A stretch of 26,235 bases of DNA from a virus. Its lineage: Duplodnaviria > Caudoviricetes. Each line of letters starts with the position of its first letter. The first letter of the stretch is position 1. Under the pieces are notes generated by a model that was not told the DNA's origin, ran no database searches, and saw only the letters and a list, made by a program, of their open reading frames with translations. This document shows, piece after piece, positions 25,457-26,235 of this stretch. The position numbers and the translations under genes are program-made. Location: IMG/VR virus record IMGVR_UViG_3300025718_000137, positions 1 to 26,235 of that record; one strand, given 5' to 3'.

Positions 25457-25738
25457 ATGCATTACAAAAACGGAAGAGAAGCGAAGAATGGCGACAAGGT
25501 TATGTTGATATCGTCCTACGGGCCGCCGGTTGTCGGCATCCTGTACGACGCCGTAGCGGGTAACGACTACTGCAACGGCAAGATAGCGCCGGTATTGCCG
25601 AATGACCCGTGCCCGAACCTGAAGGAGTGCCTGCACCTGGATGACGTGTTGGCAGTTGTGGCGAACGTTCCCGATGCACAGCCCCCTATCGACAACGCGC
25701 ACGTGGCGGAAGGCTGCGAGCAGTTCTCCGCACAGTAA
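25457..25738 (+). CDS. Hypothetical protein
   Basis: AGGAG RBS; MHYKNGREAKNGDKV...CNG...CLHLDD. Confidence 0.75.
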   Translation: MHYKNGREAKNGDKVMLISSYGPPVVGILYDAVAGNDYCNGKIAPVLPNDPCPNLKECLHLDDVLAVVANVPDAQPPIDNAHVAEGCEQFSAQ

Positions 25739-25802
25739 CAACCTACCGGGCGGTGGGGCCCCGCTGGCCTCGCCGCCTAACTACGGATGAAAGGAGTCTA
25801 CC

Positions 25803-26111
25803 TTGAAAACCGGTATTGAGTTGATTGCCGAGGAAAGACAGCAGCAGATTAAGAAAGGTCGAACGCTTGAACACGATGATCAACATAAGGACGGGACCCT
25901 GGTCGTCATAGCAGCGGCCCTTGCATGCGACGGCACCGATGCATGGGTAGAAGATCCTGAAGGTCGTGGTACTGAGGGCGATCCGTGGGGGCTCATTAAA
26001 AAATATGGCTACCGTAATGGCGGAGACGAGATTCATATCCTGGCAGTTGCTGGCGCCTTGATCGCGGCTGAAATTGACCGGATGCAGCGTTGTCAGGGCC
26101 AGTCCGCATAA
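25803..26111 (+). CDS. Phage hypothetical protein
   Basis: AGGAG RBS, TTG start; GIELIAEERQQQI...EHDDQH...AGALIAAEIDR; TAA lies inside the core box of site E. Confidence 0.8.
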   Translation: MKTGIELIAEERQQQIKKGRTLEHDDQHKDGTLVVIAAALACDGTDAWVEDPEGRGTEGDPWGLIKKYGYRNGGDEIHILAVAGALIAAEIDRMQRCQGQSA

Positions 26112-26153
26112 CGGTTTTGAGCTGGCCCGAAAGGGCCGAGCGCCTGGTTAAAC
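26106..26153 (-). other. attC-like site E (48 bp)
   Basis: Minus strand: GTTTAAC-CAGGC-GCTCGGCC-CTTTCG-GGCCAGC-TCAAAACC-GTTATGC. Confidence 0.8.
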
Positions 26154-26171
26154 TGACGGGCTAAGGGAGGA

Positions 26172-26235
26172 ATGGTGAGCCAGCACTACACGCGCAATAC
26201 CAAATCAGTGTCAGTCTACTGCTCTACATGCCGGC
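26172..26235 (+). CDS. 5' part of a paralog of the 19759-19956 protein
   Basis: GGAGG RBS; MVSQHYTRNTKSVSVYCSTCR; truncated by the window edge. Confidence 0.75.
   Translation, partial: MVSQHYTRNTKSVSVYCSTCR

Larger units (their letters stand above)
236..26235. mobile_element. Prophage (left arm; continues beyond window)
   Basis: Integrase next to a host gene, then repressor/Cro switch, replication genes, methylase, cos-like site and terminase. Left boundary approximate. Confidence 0.93.

Noticed and set aside
23737-26153. Elements B-E as Rho-independent terminators, CRISPR repeats or plus-strand attC
   Set aside because: No U-tract after the stems on either strand; separated by whole genes; the 5-nt spacer and extra base fit attC only on the minus strand.

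Overview
Left part of an integrated temperate phage, starting just after the 3' end of a host DUF815-type AAA+ ATPase gene and running off the right edge of the window. Gene order: tyrosine integrase; two low-GC accessory genes; CI-like repressor with a divergent sigma70 promoter and palindromic operator; an early operon of HTH and small Cys-rich genes; a complete diversity-generating retroelement (two tandem CLec/FGE-like targets, avd, TR, RT); a lambda-like cos signal; a Zn-ribbon/HTH gene; D5/P4-type helicase; iteron-rich origin; primase; C5 DNA methyltransferase; small accessory genes; terminase small and large subunits; more accessory genes. The most unexpected signal is a set of very short (46-53 bp) integron attC-like sites, all on the minus strand and so inverted relative to the genes they separate. 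Four lie after terL and two decayed ones lie at 18.8-19.4 kb. No integron integrase is visible. The phage therefore appears to carry both a DGR and an inverted-cassette array. All alignments and counts were done by eye; family names come from motif recognition, not database searches.
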